A program made the position numbers and the translations under genes. 64,000 nucleotides of DNA from Terriglobia bacterium (GTDB lineage: Bacteria; Acidobacteriota; Terriglobia; Versatilivoradales; Versatilivoraceae). The notes beneath the pieces were generated by a model. The model was not told where the DNA came from. It worked only from the letters and a program-made list of their open reading frames with translations, and ran no database searches. Location: NCBI GenBank assembly GCA_046331665.1, contig JAXLQK010000029.1, positions 2,784 to 66,783 of the forward strand, written 5' to 3'. Every line of letters starts with the position of its first letter. Position 1 is the stretch's first letter. This document shows, piece by piece, positions 30,413-40,761 of the stretch.

Positions 30413-30871
30413 TCAGTGGGTGACTTGAATATGCATTTCATCAAAATCAACATCAAACTTCTTTAGCAACTGCATATACTCGTCCCGAAATCTTAATTTC
30501 TTGTGGTGTTGTTCTTGCAGTTGAATGTAACGGATTACTTTTCCTAGTTGTGAGTGAGAATAAGAAAACGCACCAAAACCCTCTTGCCAATTGAATTTTC
30601 CGCGGAACCATTTCTTCTCGTTGATGAACCCCGCAGATATGGCCTTAATGTCCCGAACAAGATCAGATAGGGCAATATCGGGTTTCATGCCTAGGAGTAA
30701 ATGAAGATGGTCGGGCATGCTGTTTACGGCGATTAGTTTCTGTCCACGGTTGTGGACAATGCCAGTGATGTATTTGTGAATCTCCTCCTTGAAATCCTTC
30801 TTTATAAGGGATTCTCTGGCCTGAACGGCGAAAATGACATGAACATAAATTTGGGAATAGGTGTTAGCCAT
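30413..30871 (-). mobile_element. tnpA: IS200/IS605-type Y1 (HUH) transposase, REP-associated (RAYT-like) TnpA, 152 aa
   Basis: 'MPDHLHLLL' HUH motif, catalytic Tyr region 'VIRYIQLQEQHH', and N-terminal 'YVHVIFAV' typical of IS200 TnpA. Flanked by REP-like arrays. Confidence 0.8.
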
Positions 30872-30895
30872 GTCAAAAAACAGGCCGCTCCTACG

Positions 30896-31043
30896 GAGCT
30901 TCGTCGATACTTGGTGGGGGTTTCTATAAACAGATCGCCCCTAGCGGGGCTCAATCGGCTCCAACCTCTCTATGCGACCAGTCTGTCTATTCTGCGCGCG
31001 GCAATCCAATTTTTAGTTTCCCGCTGGATCGATAATTTTATCG
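30896..31043. repeat. ~150-bp repeat, right copy (direct repeat of 30058..30209), immediately upstream of the tnpA start
   Basis: See the left copy. Confidence 0.8.
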
Positions 31044-31105
31044 ATGTTTTGCCGAGCCGCTAAGAGTTTATTTTGAATAGGGTGTTGTCCTAACAGGAAG
31101 CATTT

Positions 31106-31392
31106 AGCTCCGTCAGGAGCGGCCTGTATATAGATATGTGTGTCCCCAAATCCTTCCAAGCTCCGCTAGGAGCGACCTGTTTATAGATATGCGTGCCCCC
31201 AGATCCTGCCAAGCTCCGTTAGGAGCGTCTCGTTTATAGACCTTGCCTGCGCGAAATGGCCAAGCCTGTTAGAGCGTCCTGTTGGCAGACCTGCCCTGCG
31301 CAAAAATCACCAAGCTCCGTTAGGAGCGACCTGTGTATAGACCTTGCCGAGGCGAAAATCACCAAGCTCCGTCAGGAGCGGCCTGTCCACTA
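31106..31392. repeat. Tandem array of six ~55-bp REP-like units (palindromic core AGCTCCGTCAGGAGCG + semi-conserved tail)
   Basis: Units begin near 31106, 31158, 31211, 31262, 31312 and 31364. Tails are related to each other, not unique spacers. Confidence 0.75.
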
Positions 31393-32713
31393 AGCAAGCA
31401 TCTTGGGGATAACATTACCTTCCACGTCGGTTAATCGGAAGTCTCTTCCCATGTGACGGTAGGTGAGTCGCGTGTGGTCGAAGCCCAGGCATTGCATCAG
31501 GGTGGCCTGCAGGTCATGAACGTGGACGGATCTTCGACAATATTCGTGACAAAAGCCGTCGGTTTTCCTAATAACTTGGCCCCCTTTGATTCCCCCGCCC
31601 GCCAGCCACATACTATAGGCGTTGGGATGGTGGTCGCGCCCTGCATTTTCCGCATCTTCAGGCTTGCGGATTTCCACCATCGGGGTGCGCCGAATTCTCC
31701 GCCCCAAACAATCAGGGTCTCGTCGAGCAGCCCTTTGTTTAAGATCCTTGATTAAGGCCGCAGTTGATTTGATCTTCTACAGCGCTTGGGAAGTTTTCTG
31801 TTGAGCTCAACGTGATCATCCCAGCTGGCGTCCATCATCAAGATAAATCGGACACCCCGTTCCACCATGCGACGCGCTAACAGACAATTCGTCGCATATT
31901 GTTTTAGGTCCTCGTCACTACTCGTTACTCCGTATTGGTCAAGAATGCTTTGAGGTTCATTGTCGAAGCTTAACAAACCAGGGGCCTCCATTTGCATTCG
32001 AAATGCCAGTCTACAAGCTGAAATACGGAGTGCGATTTCCATATCCCCCGTGCTGCTGGGCAAACGCTCTTCATTCAAGTCCCGAAGGGTCTCCAGAGCC
32101 AGCTTCGCGATGCCTGGTTAATGCCAGAGGGGTTAGAGAGGTAGAGGATCGGGTCTCCGCTGTTTCGGAAGACTGTCCCCTGATAATGTGACGGCAGAAA
32201 GCCGCTGGAAAAATTACTGGCACCGCCACTGGTTCCGACGCCCGAGGTGAGCACGACAAAGCTCGGCAGATTTTGCGATTCACTCCTCAGTCCTACACCG
32301 ACCATGCACCCAAGAAGTCGGCCTTCCGAATCGGTAATGGACCCGTGAATAGAAGAAGTGATCAAAGGGTGGTGATTAAAGGTACTGGTGTGCAGCATCC
32401 GGATCAGACAACTTCGTCTCCGCAGGAACTGATATGGGGCAGCAATCGGAAAATGGCACTGACATTCCTGGCTGCCTGGAATTTGTAGTGACTCGCCATA
32501 ACGGCGGCCGTGGGCTTGATAAAAGCCAGTTTTAGATCCTTCGCTTGGCGAGGGGGGAAGAGATTGCCTGACGGGGCTTTTCGGCAGAGCCATTTTCATC
32601 AAACAGTTCGAATTGCCGTCCTCCTCCATAAACATAAAAATCACATGCTTGGCTTTTGGCGCAAAGTGCGGAAGCTGGGGGCCAGAGGATTCACCCGTGG
32701 CAGAGCGTTTCAT
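31390..32713 (-). pseudogene. DUF1501-family (sulfatase-like) protein split into three frames and lacking the Tat-signal N-terminus
   Basis: The three ORF pieces 32075..32713, 31752..32078 and 31390..31707 are collinear with the intact paralogue 62119..63552 ('PKAKHVIFMF', 'CLLARRMVERGVRF', 'HDLQATLMQCLGFDHTRLTYRHMGRDFRLTDVEGN'). Confidence 0.7.
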
Positions 32714-35436
32714 GGCCGTCTGCGGTCAATAAACTGTAGCCAAAGCCATGACCCCGACTCCCCTGGCACACCGTTGCAGGAAATCTCTTCGTGATTGAGT
32801 TGTTTGAAGTGACGAAAATCCATGGACATTGAGCCCCTCGTAATGAATTCATCGAGATTCATAACCACGCGTCCCAGTCCCACCCATGCGGCCACATCGA
32901 CAGGATCGGACCCCGCAATGGGGTTGGGGGCAAGAATCTTGATTGCATCGGGGGTCGTTTCAAAGAGACGACGTTGATCCCAGTAAAAGCGAGCAAGCCG
33001 ATCACGCTCGATTGAGTTTGGTTTACGATTGAGACAAAACTCATAGACGGTATCGAGCCGGCCATTCCAATCGCTGGGCGCTTCCTGCAAAGCCCTCATC
33101 GCCAGGGATTGGGCCGCCTCGGTAAAGACCGGATCATTCAAAAGGTTGAGCGCCTGGAGAGGCGTGTTGGAGCGCCGGCGTTGACTGGCGGCATTGTTGG
33201 CGTTGGGCTCGTCAAAGTTGGCCAATTGTGGATAAGGCGAGGTTCTCTGAAAATGGATGTAGAGACCGCGGCGATAGCGGTCTTTCCCCGTCGTTTCCTC
33301 CCATTTGGCATTTCCGTAAGTAAGTTTGGTGACACTCTCCGGTTGGGGCGGTCGAATACTCGGCCCCCCGACGGCTGGATAGAGCAGACCGCTGGCAAAG
33401 AGAGCGGCATCCCGAATCCCTTCCGCGGACAAGCGCAGACGATTCTGCCGGGCGAGTAGCGTATTGGCAGGGTCTTTTTCTCTCAAGTCGGGCCGGTCAT
33501 GGGAAGATTGTCGATACGTGGCAGACATGACGATCAACTTGTTCATCTGTTTCAGGCTCCAGTCCCGGTCCATGAATTCGACGGCCAGCCAATCCAGGAG
33601 TTCGGGATGGGTCGGCTTTTCCCCTTGGAGGCCAAAATCATCGGAAGTTCGGACAATCCCGCGTCCGAAAAATTCCTGCCACATGCGATTCATGGTGACT
33701 CGGCCGGTCAGCGGGTTCTCGCGCGAAACAATCCACTGAGCAAATTGTAAACGGGGTTGCGCCGAAGTGCGGGGTGGAGCAGGGAAGATGGCAGGGATCT
33801 CAGGCTGAACTTCGATTCCGGCTCTGCGATAGTCCCCGCGGATGGCAATGAATGTCTTAACCGGTTCGGGGTTCTGACTAATGACAAAAGCCTGGCTTAA
33901 TGCAGGATAAGATCTATCCAGGTCCTCCAGCTTTTTCTGCAATTCCTTGAATTTTTCTCTTTGGGCCTTGTCCTTTTCGATGTCAGGTCCCGGTGATTTG
34001 ACAAAATAATCGGTCAGGCCATCATTTTCCTTTGTGGTCCTCTTGTCGGGATCCCGCCGCAATATCAAATCGACGGAGTCCACCATGGCCCGGATTCCCG
34101 TTACCTGGTAATCCCAGGCGAGATTTTTTCCCGGAGAGTCCATCGCCTGACGCAGGTTCGCTTCCCATTGCGCCTCGAGCACAGGGACATCTAATTCCGC
34201 CAGCAATTCGGCCCTTTTTTTACGGTATTCAGGCTGATGTTGGAGGAAGGGACCCAGCTCCCCGGGGAGAGGAGCGTCTATGGTCTGGTCTTGCGTCTGA
34301 TTCATGAAAGCATAGAGTTGATAAAAATCTTTCTGAGTGAAGGGGTCATACTTGTGATCATGGCATTGAGCACAACCCACGGTCATTCCAAGCCACACAG
34401 TTCCTATGGTATTCGTCCGGTCAACCAATTCTTCAAAGCGCGCCTCTTCACGTTTTACTCCGGCTTCCCGGTTCTTCAGCCCATTGCGATGAAAACCTGT
34501 GGCGACTTTTGGGTCGACGGCCGACTTGGGCAGCAGATCCCCCGCAATCTGTTCAATTGTAAACTGGTCAAAAGGCATGTCACGATTCAAAGCTTCAATG
34601 ACATATTCCCGCCAACGCCAGGCATAGGGACGAGGGAGGTCCTTCTCAAAACCATCACTGTCGGCATAGCGTGCCAGATCCAGCCATTGTCGTGCCCAGC
34701 GTTCTCCGTAGTGGGGAGAGTTAAGCAGGCGATTGACCACCTTCTCATAGGCGTCCGGGCTGGAGTCAGACAGGAATGCCGTGACCTCTTCCATCGAGGG
34801 AGGAAGCCCGATGAGGTCAAAGGTAACGCGGCGAATCAGCGTTGTTTTGTCCGCCTCGGGCGAAGGAGTAATTCCTTCGGATTCCAGCTTGTGAAGGACA
34901 AAGGAGTCAATGGGATTTTGTACCCAGGAACCCTGCTTTACTGTGGGCGGCTCAGGCCGATGGACCGGCTGAAAGGACCAATGGGCTTTACGTTCCGCGA
35001 GGGAAGGTTTTTGGGAGGTAACTGGAGTTCTGGTACTCTCCGGCCATGAAGCTCCTTGATCGATCCAGGCCTTCAACCTGGCAATCTCGGCGGGGGTCAA
35101 CGTATCAGCCGGCGGCATCTTAAAGCCTTCCTTGTTGCTTGAGACACGCTCGATCAACTTGCTTTGAGCGCTATCGCCCGCCACAATCACTGCTCCAGAA
35201 TAACCGCCTTTCAAGGCGTCTACTTTCTTATCCAGACGCAATCCCACCATTTGAGTGTCAGGACCATGGCATTGGTAACACTTGGTGTGAAAAATCGGCT
35301 CAATCTCACTGACAAAATCAACTGGATTCTCAGTCGCGGCAGAACAGACCGCAGGTTGCCAAAGCATCGGGCAAACGAATATCCCGATCATGAGAAGCAA
35401 AAGTCGCCATCGGATTGGAATATGTCGAAGGTACAT
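32710..35436 (-). CDS. DUF1549/DUF1553 protein with planctomycete cytochrome-c-like (PSCyt) N-domain, secreted
   Basis: Signal peptide, 'CYQCHGPD' PSCyt motif, and paralogous along its length to 55362..58049 and 59607..62111. Extends ~40 aa beyond the conserved 'NLDEF(I/L)TR' end of the paralogues. Confidence 0.85.
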   Translation of the reverse strand: MYLRHIPIRWRLLLLMIGIFVCPMLWQPAVCSAATENPVDFVSEIEPIFHTKCYQCHGPDTQMVGLRLDKKVDALKGGYSGAVIVAGDSAQSKLIERVSSNKEGFKMPPADTLTPAEIARLKAWIDQGASWPESTRTPVTSQKPSLAERKAHWSFQPVHRPEPPTVKQGSWVQNPIDSFVLHKLESEGITPSPEADKTTLIRRVTFDLIGLPPSMEEVTAFLSDSSPDAYEKVVNRLLNSPHYGERWARQWLDLARYADSDGFEKDLPRPYAWRWREYVIEALNRDMPFDQFTIEQIAGDLLPKSAVDPKVATGFHRNGLKNREAGVKREEARFEELVDRTNTIGTVWLGMTVGCAQCHDHKYDPFTQKDFYQLYAFMNQTQDQTIDAPLPGELGPFLQHQPEYRKKRAELLAELDVPVLEAQWEANLRQAMDSPGKNLAWDYQVTGIRAMVDSVDLILRRDPDKRTTKENDGLTDYFVKSPGPDIEKDKAQREKFKELQKKLEDLDRSYPALSQAFVISQNPEPVKTFIAIRGDYRRAGIEVQPEIPAIFPAPPRTSAQPRLQFAQWIVSRENPLTGRVTMNRMWQEFFGRGIVRTSDDFGLQGEKPTHPELLDWLAVEFMDRDWSLKQMNKLIVMSATYRQSSHDRPDLREKDPANTLLARQNRLRLSAEGIRDAALFASGLLYPAVGGPSIRPPQPESVTKLTYGNAKWEETTGKDRYRRGLYIHFQRTSPYPQLANFDEPNANNAASQRRRSNTPLQALNLLNDPVFTEAAQSLAMRALQEAPSDWNGRLDTVYEFCLNRKPNSIERDRLARFYWDQRRLFETTPDAIKILAPNPIAGSDPVDVAAWVGLGRVVMNLDEFITRGSMSMDFRHFKQLNHEEISCNGVPGESGSWLWLQFIDRRRP

Positions 35437-35722
35437 GTCTTATGCCTTCTTCGAAGTAATGCGCAAATTCTGGTATCGCTAGAATATTAAGCTACCTATC
35501 CTGATTGGACAAGATTTACCTTGTCACTGCCTGGCGTTGCTCCCATTGTGGCGGATCTTCGGGGGAACGAGCTGGCGGTGGGTTTTGACCGAAATAGGCG
35601 TGGGGTCGACGAAGGATTTGCGTCGAACTCATGGTACCGCTTCCTGTGAAAGAGCATCACGGTATTGGTGACAAGCCGGAAGAACTACTCACCCGCAACG
35701 CTTGGTTGCTTGCAGAAACACA

Positions 35723-36580
35723 TTATTGCTTTTCCTGGTTTCTTCCCGTGGCCCAAAATAGCGCGTTTACCAGAAGTTGACGAAAGGAGGGATCTGCAAA
35801 ATCATCATAAGATCCCAACGCGGTATAGAAGATTCGGCCCCCTTTATAAATTCGCGTCCAAGCGGATGGTTGACTGCTTTGAGGAATCGAGCCAACCATG
35901 AGTAATTCCGCATCAGGGGAAAGGGGACTAGTTACGTAGAGAACAGACTTCGATCGAATCTTTCCTACTCCCTTCAAAATCGGGTGATCTTTCTTCCCCG
36001 GGACTTTCGTCACGGTTTGTTTTGATTCCGGTCCAAAATGTCCTTGGTAATTACCGCCCAAGACGTCCTTGTCAAATTCCAACCAATCCTGAAAGCCGTG
36101 ACTGGCAGTCCTGACGGCAACTATGGGTCTTCCAGATTCAACGTAGGCTTTGATTCGGTCGAGTTGATTTTTGGGAATGGTGACTCGTCGCGTGAAAAGC
36201 AACACTACATCACAATGCTCGATGGCTTCGAGTCCGGGCAAGTCAGTAGGTTCCAAAAACCGATTTAACTCTCCACGGCCCTGAATCAAAATGCATCGGA
36301 TGATGTAATATTTTTCGAGGAATCGTCTGAAATTATCAAGGGAAGCGCCCGAGTCATATTCGTTTGATCCGGAGACCAAACAGACCTGGAGTGGTGATTC
36401 GCCATGCGCATCGCTGGCATACAAAAATGCCAATAAAATTAGACTGAGGGCTAAGCGATGGGAAAGAAGCCTCAACCAGGTCCTTATTGTGACGGAGTCC
36501 CATCGGTTGAAAGGAGGGTAGAAGCTATTGGGTATTCTTCCAGTAAAAGGGAAACAATGGTTGGAAATTGGTGAGTGCAC
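35723..36580 (-). CDS. ThuA-like (trehalose-utilisation / class-I glutamine-amidotransferase-like) protein, secreted
   Basis: 'GGRIFYTALGSYDDFADPSFRQLLVNALFWATG' is a typical ThuA C-terminus. Confidence 0.7.
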   Translation of the reverse strand: MHSPISNHCFPFTGRIPNSFYPPFNRWDSVTIRTWLRLLSHRLALSLILLAFLYASDAHGESPLQVCLVSGSNEYDSGASLDNFRRFLEKYYIIRCILIQGRGELNRFLEPTDLPGLEAIEHCDVVLLFTRRVTIPKNQLDRIKAYVESGRPIVAVRTASHGFQDWLEFDKDVLGGNYQGHFGPESKQTVTKVPGKKDHPILKGVGKIRSKSVLYVTSPLSPDAELLMVGSIPQSSQPSAWTRIYKGGRIFYTALGSYDDFADPSFRQLLVNALFWATGRNQEKQ

Positions 36581-36585
36581 TTAGC

Positions 36586-37953
36586 TTAGGAACGACGCGA
36601 AGCAGGGAATTTCTTCAAGAGCAGGGTCAGCACGCCAGCGAAAATGAACCCCGCGGAGATCAGGAATACGACGCGGTTAAATGGAATGCCAGCCCCTAAG
36701 ATTTTCCCAATCACATAGGGTCCTGAAAAGCCTCCCAACCCACTAAAACAGTTGATGAAGCCAATGGCAGCGGCAGCCGCACTTTCACTTAACGTCATTG
36801 TAGTTAATACCCAATACGAGGGAGAAAACCCATTGTAAAAGAAGGCTGTAGCACACAAGCAAGCCAGGAGCCATCCAAATGTAATGCTGGGAATAGAGGT
36901 GAGAGTGAAACAGCATCCTCCCAAAATCAAGGGGAGGGCTGTGTGCCAGTATCGTTCCTGAAATCTGTCAGACGACCAACTGAAAAAGAGCAATGAGAGA
37001 ATCCCCATCGCGAAGGGGAGTCCTGAGATTGTCGCTGCCAGGTAGGTGGGATAACCGGAAGCCTTTTGAACCGTCGTCGGAAGCCAGAGGTAGAAGCCCT
37101 GACTGGCAATATTTACGGAAAATGTAATGAGCGCCAGAAATATTACCGGACGATGGTGTAAGGCTTGAAGAATGGTCAATTTTGCGAAGGCGCTTTTTCT
37201 CTTCTTTTCCTCCTCCAACTCTTGACTGATCCATTTTTTTTCATCATTGGTAAGCCATCTGGCTTCCTCGGGTCTATCGGTAAGGTAAAGGAGTGTGATA
37301 AATCCGAGAGCGACTGCCGGGACCCCCTCAAGAATGAACACCCACCGCCAGCCCGAAAGGCCGAACCAATTGAGTTTAAGAATGAGCCCGGAAACAGGAC
37401 CACCCAACGCAAGCGAGACAGGGATGGCAATGATAAATCTTGCCATGGCGCGACCGCGGTACTGCCGCGGGAACCATTGATTCAAATAGACAATCACTCC
37501 CGGAAAGAATCCCGCCTCGGCAACCCCCAGAATGAATCGCGCCACATAAAACTGCGACGCAGTATGGATAAAACCCATGAGAGCCGAGCACAATCCCCAA
37601 CTAAAGAGAATTCTTGCAAACCACCGTCTGGCCCCCCACCGCTGGACGATGAGACCTCCGGGGACCTCGAGCAGCAAATAGCCTATAAAAAACAACCCGG
37701 CTCCAAATCCATAGACATCATCCGCGAATCCCAATTGACTGGACATGTCCAGTTTCGCGAAAGCGACATTAGCGCGATCCAAAAAGGCCGTAATGTACAT
37801 GGTGAAGACAAAGGGGAGAACTCGCCTTCGGATCTTGCGCATCGCACTCATTTCAATTGAGGTAGTTGCCTGAGTAGAACTCAGGGACAGAGTCGATTGG
37901 AAGGGGTCTAAGGGCATAAACGAGAAGTTTCCTGTTTTCAGGGAGATGCTCAA
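36586..37953 (-). CDS. MFS transporter, anion:cation symporter (ExuT/GudP-like sugar-acid) type
   Basis: 'FLDRANVAFAKLDM' and 12 predicted TM segments. Confidence 0.8.
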   Translation of the reverse strand: MSISLKTGNFSFMPLDPFQSTLSLSSTQATTSIEMSAMRKIRRRVLPFVFTMYITAFLDRANVAFAKLDMSSQLGFADDVYGFGAGLFFIGYLLLEVPGGLIVQRWGARRWFARILFSWGLCSALMGFIHTASQFYVARFILGVAEAGFFPGVIVYLNQWFPRQYRGRAMARFIIAIPVSLALGGPVSGLILKLNWFGLSGWRWVFILEGVPAVALGFITLLYLTDRPEEARWLTNDEKKWISQELEEEKKRKSAFAKLTILQALHHRPVIFLALITFSVNIASQGFYLWLPTTVQKASGYPTYLAATISGLPFAMGILSLLFFSWSSDRFQERYWHTALPLILGGCCFTLTSIPSITFGWLLACLCATAFFYNGFSPSYWVLTTMTLSESAAAAAIGFINCFSGLGGFSGPYVIGKILGAGIPFNRVVFLISAGFIFAGVLTLLLKKFPASRRS

Positions 37954-38265
37954 CAGCCAGTCCTGTCAGGTGAGGAACTGCGCTGCTTCATCCAGAATGG
38001 AAGATAATAACGAAAACTCACCTTACACCTATAGCGGGAAGGCAAGCAAGGTCTTATGTTCCTGGTGGATGAGGCGAACTCTTTCATTGGAACAAAACCA
38101 TGACTACGGTTGTTTGAAATCCCCTTGACATCTTCCAAATGTCGCAGATAAGTTTATCGTTAAAACAATCTGTCGGGAATTTCAAGGAAAGGGAACATTT
38201 GCTTTGCATTGAACCCCATAAACCGTGGCACCGCTTCAAAAACCAAGAAAGGAGGATTATTGCTT

Positions 38266-40761
38266 ATGGACAGACGAACCTTCATTCAATCGTCATCCGT
38301 GGGAATCGCTGCTCTGGCAACATGGACGGCTGAACAAAGCAGCCTTGCCGCCGCCAGAAAAACTCTAGCGGCAGGACCCCCTTCTGCTATACCAGTGACA
38401 CGCCCTGCCTCCACAAAGCTCTTTTCCGCAGTGGCAACCAAAACTGAATGGGAATCATTTTCAGCAGCAGGGTTTACGAAACCGGTGGCAGGAGTGGTCT
38501 TTTCAGCTGATCAGCCTCCTTGCTGCGGGGTTCCTCTGGGAGGGATCAGCACAGGCTGCCTTGACATCGAAGCCAACGGTACGTTGGGTTTTAACTGTTT
38601 GTTTGATGCTTTTCCGCGGAAGCCGCAACTTCTAAAACCCTTCCTGGGATTGGCCGTGGGCAACAAAACTTGGGTATTGACGAGTGAATCCATTCGAGCT
38701 GGTGGGGTCTTTGAGACTTGCCATGAACAACAGAAAAAGCCCACCGATTGGATGGTGACAATCCCAATGCTGAAGGGAGTTCATTCGGCCAAGCAGATCC
38801 GTTATTGGGGGCATTTCCCCGTGGCCGATCTGGAGTTTGATCTAGAGGATTCGCCAGTGAGCGTGGGGCTGAGGGCCTGGGCACCCTTTATCCCGGGCGA
38901 CACGAGCGTGTCGAACACACCGGGAGCCGTTTTCGAGATCCACCTGCGCAACACTGCTTCCGCACCGTTAAATGGAACCCTCGCCTTTAGTTTTCCGGGT
39001 CCTACTCAGCAGGAAGCTCAGGTTCCGGCAGACGTGCCTCCGCGAGGTCTGGAAATCGGCGGGATGCACGCCTCTCGGCCGGTGGTGGAGGGCGGCGTTG
39101 AAGGGCGGCAGCGGAGAGTCGAATCTCCAGTTAATGGAGTGTCCGTAGAAATCCAGACTGGAGTGAACTACTGTCTGGGCGTGCTCGGCGAACAAAGGGT
39201 TCGTACTGGTGGCGGTATCAGGACAGTTCCCCTCATCCCAGGCGGCTCCGAGCGAGGAGAAAAGATCGTTGAGGACTGGGCGCACATTGCCACGGCTCTT
39301 CCTCCAGAATCGCCTCGCGAGTTTGGAGCCACCGTCGCTGTTGATTTCTCCTTGCAACCCAAAGAGGAGAAAACCATTCGCTATGCATTGACTTGGTATG
39401 CCCCGATGTGGTGCGGCGAAGGTGAAAAGAAGTATACCCAAATGTATACCACCCGGTTCAAAAGCGCCCTTGAGGTGGCCGGGCTGCTGGCTCGGGAACA
39501 TGAGTCCCTCTTGAAGCGCGTGTTGGCGTGGCAGGAAGCCATTTACTCCGATCCGGCTCTGCCGGGTTGGCTGCAGGATACCCTGATCAATGTGATGGCC
39601 ACCATCCCCGAGGACAGCTACTGGGCGAAACCCGTGTATCCACTAGCGTGGGCGCCGGGAGATGGTCTTTACGGGATGAATGAATGTCCGCGAGGGAGCC
39701 CGCAAATTGAGTGCATCCCTTGCAGTTGGTATGGAAATATTCCCATTGTCTACTTTTTCCCGGAGTTGGCGCTCAGCACTTTGCGCGGCTACGTGCACTA
39801 TATGCGCGAGGATGGAGCGGCTCCTTTCCGTTGGGGGCCTGGGTCGGACTTCGACAATGTGACCTGGGAGTGGCAGAAATCCCTGAATGGCGTCTGTTTC
39901 GTTGACATGGTGGGCCGCCTTTGGCTGCGCACCCAGGACGACGCGATCCTCCGCGAAATGTATCCTGCCGTGAAGAAGAGCACGACCTGCACCATGACCA
40001 TGCGTCCCGCTCCGGAAGGCATCGTTAGCATGCCCAAGGGGAATGTTGGGCGGGAGTGGTGGGAAGCCGAGGACTGGTATGGGGTTGTTCCTCACATCGG
40101 CGCCATGCGGCTCTCGAATTTGAAGATTGCTGAGCGAATGGCGGAAAAGATGGGAGACACTGCGTTTGCTCGGCAATGCCAGGATTGGTACAGCCAGGGC
40201 AGCGAGATGATGGAGAAGGTTGCCTGGCAGGGAGAATACTACCTCCATTTCAATGAGCCGGAGACGGGAAGAAAATCGGATACGATCATGGCCAACCAGA
40301 TTGACGGGGATTGGTCCAACGCTTTTCATGGACTGCCGGGAATCTTCCAAGCGGAGCGCCTGAAAAAGACGTTGGAGACGGTCAAGCGTACCTGCCTCAA
40401 CGAGGCCTGCGGGGCGGTGAGTTTTGCCTATGGTGATGGAACTCCCCAACGGCACAGCTATGGCATCTTCCCTCCGGAAATTATGATTTTGGGCATGATG
40501 TATCTGTACGTGGGTGACCGCGAGACTGGGCAGGAGATCGTCCGTCGCCTCATGTATGATTTGACATGCAGGCACCGCTACGCGTTTGACCTTCCCAACA
40601 TGATTTATTGTGATACCGGGGGGCGTTGGTTTGGAACCGACTACTACCAGGACATGATGTTGTGGGCGATGCCTTCGGCGATGTTGGGCAAAGACATCCA
40701 CGCTCCCTGCCTGCCTGGCGGATTGGTCGACCGAGTCATTCAGGCGGGGAAGGCAGCGTAA
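38266..40761 (+). CDS. Tat-exported putative glycoside hydrolase, GH116 (GBA2/DUF608)-like
   Basis: RBS AAAGGAGG then 'MDRRTFIQSS' Tat motif. 'GVPLGGISTGCLDI' resembles the GH116 N-domain 'PLGGIGTG' signature. Confidence 0.55.
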   Translation: MDRRTFIQSSSVGIAALATWTAEQSSLAAARKTLAAGPPSAIPVTRPASTKLFSAVATKTEWESFSAAGFTKPVAGVVFSADQPPCCGVPLGGISTGCLDIEANGTLGFNCLFDAFPRKPQLLKPFLGLAVGNKTWVLTSESIRAGGVFETCHEQQKKPTDWMVTIPMLKGVHSAKQIRYWGHFPVADLEFDLEDSPVSVGLRAWAPFIPGDTSVSNTPGAVFEIHLRNTASAPLNGTLAFSFPGPTQQEAQVPADVPPRGLEIGGMHASRPVVEGGVEGRQRRVESPVNGVSVEIQTGVNYCLGVLGEQRVRTGGGIRTVPLIPGGSERGEKIVEDWAHIATALPPESPREFGATVAVDFSLQPKEEKTIRYALTWYAPMWCGEGEKKYTQMYTTRFKSALEVAGLLAREHESLLKRVLAWQEAIYSDPALPGWLQDTLINVMATIPEDSYWAKPVYPLAWAPGDGLYGMNECPRGSPQIECIPCSWYGNIPIVYFFPELALSTLRGYVHYMREDGAAPFRWGPGSDFDNVTWEWQKSLNGVCFVDMVGRLWLRTQDDAILREMYPAVKKSTTCTMTMRPAPEGIVSMPKGNVGREWWEAEDWYGVVPHIGAMRLSNLKIAERMAEKMGDTAFARQCQDWYSQGSEMMEKVAWQGEYYLHFNEPETGRKSDTIMANQIDGDWSNAFHGLPGIFQAERLKKTLETVKRTCLNEACGAVSFAYGDGTPQRHSYGIFPPEIMILGMMYLYVGDRETGQEIVRRLMYDLTCRHRYAFDLPNMIYCDTGGRWFGTDYYQDMMLWAMPSAMLGKDIHAPCLPGGLVDRVIQAGKAA

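Noticed and set aside
31106-31392. Six ~55-bp tandem units that superficially resemble a CRISPR repeat-spacer array
   Set aside because: The 'spacer' portions are themselves mutually similar (cctgccctgcgcaaaaatca / ccttgccgaggcgaaaatca and similar). The conserved part is a short palindrome typical of REP elements. No cas genes are present, and an IS200/RAYT transposase is adjacent.
34237-35049. 270-aa plus-strand ORF inside the DUF1549/DUF1553 gene
   Set aside because: Antisense to a conserved, paralogue-supported coding region.
37165-37860. 231-aa plus-strand ORF opposite the MFS transporter
   Set aside because: Antisense to a 12-TM transporter gene. No motifs.
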